From Chrysomallon squamiferum (taxonomy: Eukaryota > Animalia > Mollusca), in assembly GCA_012295275.1 (NCBI GenBank), contig CM022673.1, forward strand, positions 992,001 through 1,056,000: a stretch of 64,000 bases of DNA, given 5' to 3'. Numbering within the stretch: the first letter of the stretch is position 1; every line of letters starts with the position of its first letter. Shown in pieces: positions 62,612-64,000 of the stretch. The position numbers and the translations under genes are program-made. Below the pieces are notes generated by a model. That model saw nothing but the letters and a program-made list of their open reading frames with translations, made no database searches and was not told the DNA's origin.

Positions 62612-62718
62612 GGAAAATTATAAATACTGCTAGAACAGTAAAAGGGAAAATTATAAATACTGCTAGAACAGTAAAAGGGAAAATTATAAATACTGTTAGA
62701 ACAGTAAAAGGAAAAATT
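62612..62718. repeat. 33-bp tandem repeat, about 3 copies
   Basis: GGAAAATTATAAATACTGCTAGAACAGTAAAAG three times plus a partial copy. Confidence 0.95.
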
Positions 62719-62809
62719 CAGAAGTGAAACAATGGAGAAATAACTGACTAAAAATTATTATGATTTTTAAATAATTTTTTATTATTATTATTATTTTTTT
62801 TTTTTAAAA

Positions 62810-63100
62810 CGTTTAAAAACGTACGAACTACAACACTAATTTGTGTTCATCAACTGGATTCAAGCCCTAGCACGGACATTGTGTACTCGGGTAATGACCG
62901 GAAGTAAGATTTTGTCGCGTACGTAAATAAACTAACGAATAAGTAAGACAATTAAATAAAATAAAATAAATATTTGAATAATATTAATTTACCATCAACA
63001 GTGAACAACAGTCCATTGTTTCCATGCACTAATGAGTGAAACAAATATCAACACGATATGGAGAAATATTTTTCTCGCAGACGTCATCACATATGTTCAG
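62810..63100. promoter_or_regulatory. Second promoter-like CpG patch (target gene not identified in the window)
   Basis: ACCGGAAGTAA at 62897-62907 (same 11-mer as at 60811-60821), CGCGTACGT and GACGTCA (63080). Confidence 0.4.
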
Positions 63101-64000
63101 CCTCAAACAAGTCAAAAACAAGAAAAAAGTTCTTAGCTGAAAATCATAACCCTCCTTTTTAATTTAATTTTGTTTTAATTATTATTATTATTACTATTTA
63201 TTTATTTATTTATTTATTTATTACTTATGTTTTATTTTATTTTTTTAATTGTTATTAATTTTATATTCATTATAATAAATAATAGGGATCAAACAACGGT
63301 CCTAATATATCATTACAGTCTAAAACACAGGTGGAAAAGATTCTGAGAAATGTTTAAAATGGATTCCTTGTTATATTGTTATTCGTTTATAATAATAATT
63401 ATACTTAAAATTATTAACATATGTAAAAGACAAGTGCTATTTTGCATTATCTTTATTATGAAAATGTTTAGCATCCTTTGTGACACCCGTTCAAAGAGAG
63501 ATTTGTAGCTCAACAGTAGAGTTCCTCGAAGGTTATAAAGATTATCTTTGATTCATCCGACGGACTTCTTACGAACATCGCTACGTGCTACTGTTGCTTT
63601 TCTCATCCTTAAGGAATGAGGAATATAACTGAAACTTTGGTACCATTTGAAAACATTTTAACTTATAAGCATTTGCGAAGTTGATTGATTTGCGAGTTGC
63701 GGGGGAATTCACGAGCCACGTACTAAACTCCTTCTCTAACCTTGTTCTCGTTAGGTTACAGTCCCTACTGATTGAAAAATAATTGTCGAGATCTTCGAAA
63801 AAAACAAACAACAGTGAGACAGAGGAGAAACGCATCCTATTAGGAAGACGGACAAAGACTCGTGACATCCGATACTATGAAAATACGTTGATATTGCATT
63901 TAAAGTAAATAGATACCGCATTAATTTATTATTATTTTTATATTTTATTAAATCCTACAGAGACTATAAAATAAGATTCTAGCTTTGAATGAAAAAAACA

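Noticed and set aside
63503-63575. tRNA gene
   Set aside because: A-box-like start only; no T-arm GTTCRA and no acceptor stem could be built.

Overview
AT-rich eukaryotic (metazoan, probably lophotrochozoan/mollusc-like; taxon is my inference) genomic DNA with many microsatellites. I could thread four intact, intron-containing genes exon by exon with consistent phases: Pur-alpha (+, 7845-21313), SNF/U1A-U2B'' (-, 28567-26422), VPS26 (+, 30229-37643) and UAP1 (-, 53261-43854). A possible orphan or decaying multi-exon gene lies on the minus strand at about 889-5367. The most interesting signals are post-transcriptional. (1) The SNF 3' UTR has three AUUGCAC U1A-binding boxes: a two-box bulged stem resembling the vertebrate U1A polyadenylation-inhibition element (PIE) and a U1 stem-loop-II-like hairpin, just upstream of AATAAA. 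(2) VPS26 has an old duplicated pair of 107-nt exons that must be mutually exclusive. (3) Pur-alpha has candidate frame-preserving micro/cassette exons with YCAY clusters. (4) UAP1 has a 27-nt exon at the position of the human AGX1/AGX2 splice insert and a ~330-nt AG-free zone before exon 7. No rRNA, confident tRNA, CRISPR array or intact transposon was seen. All calls are from reading the sequence; no searches were run.
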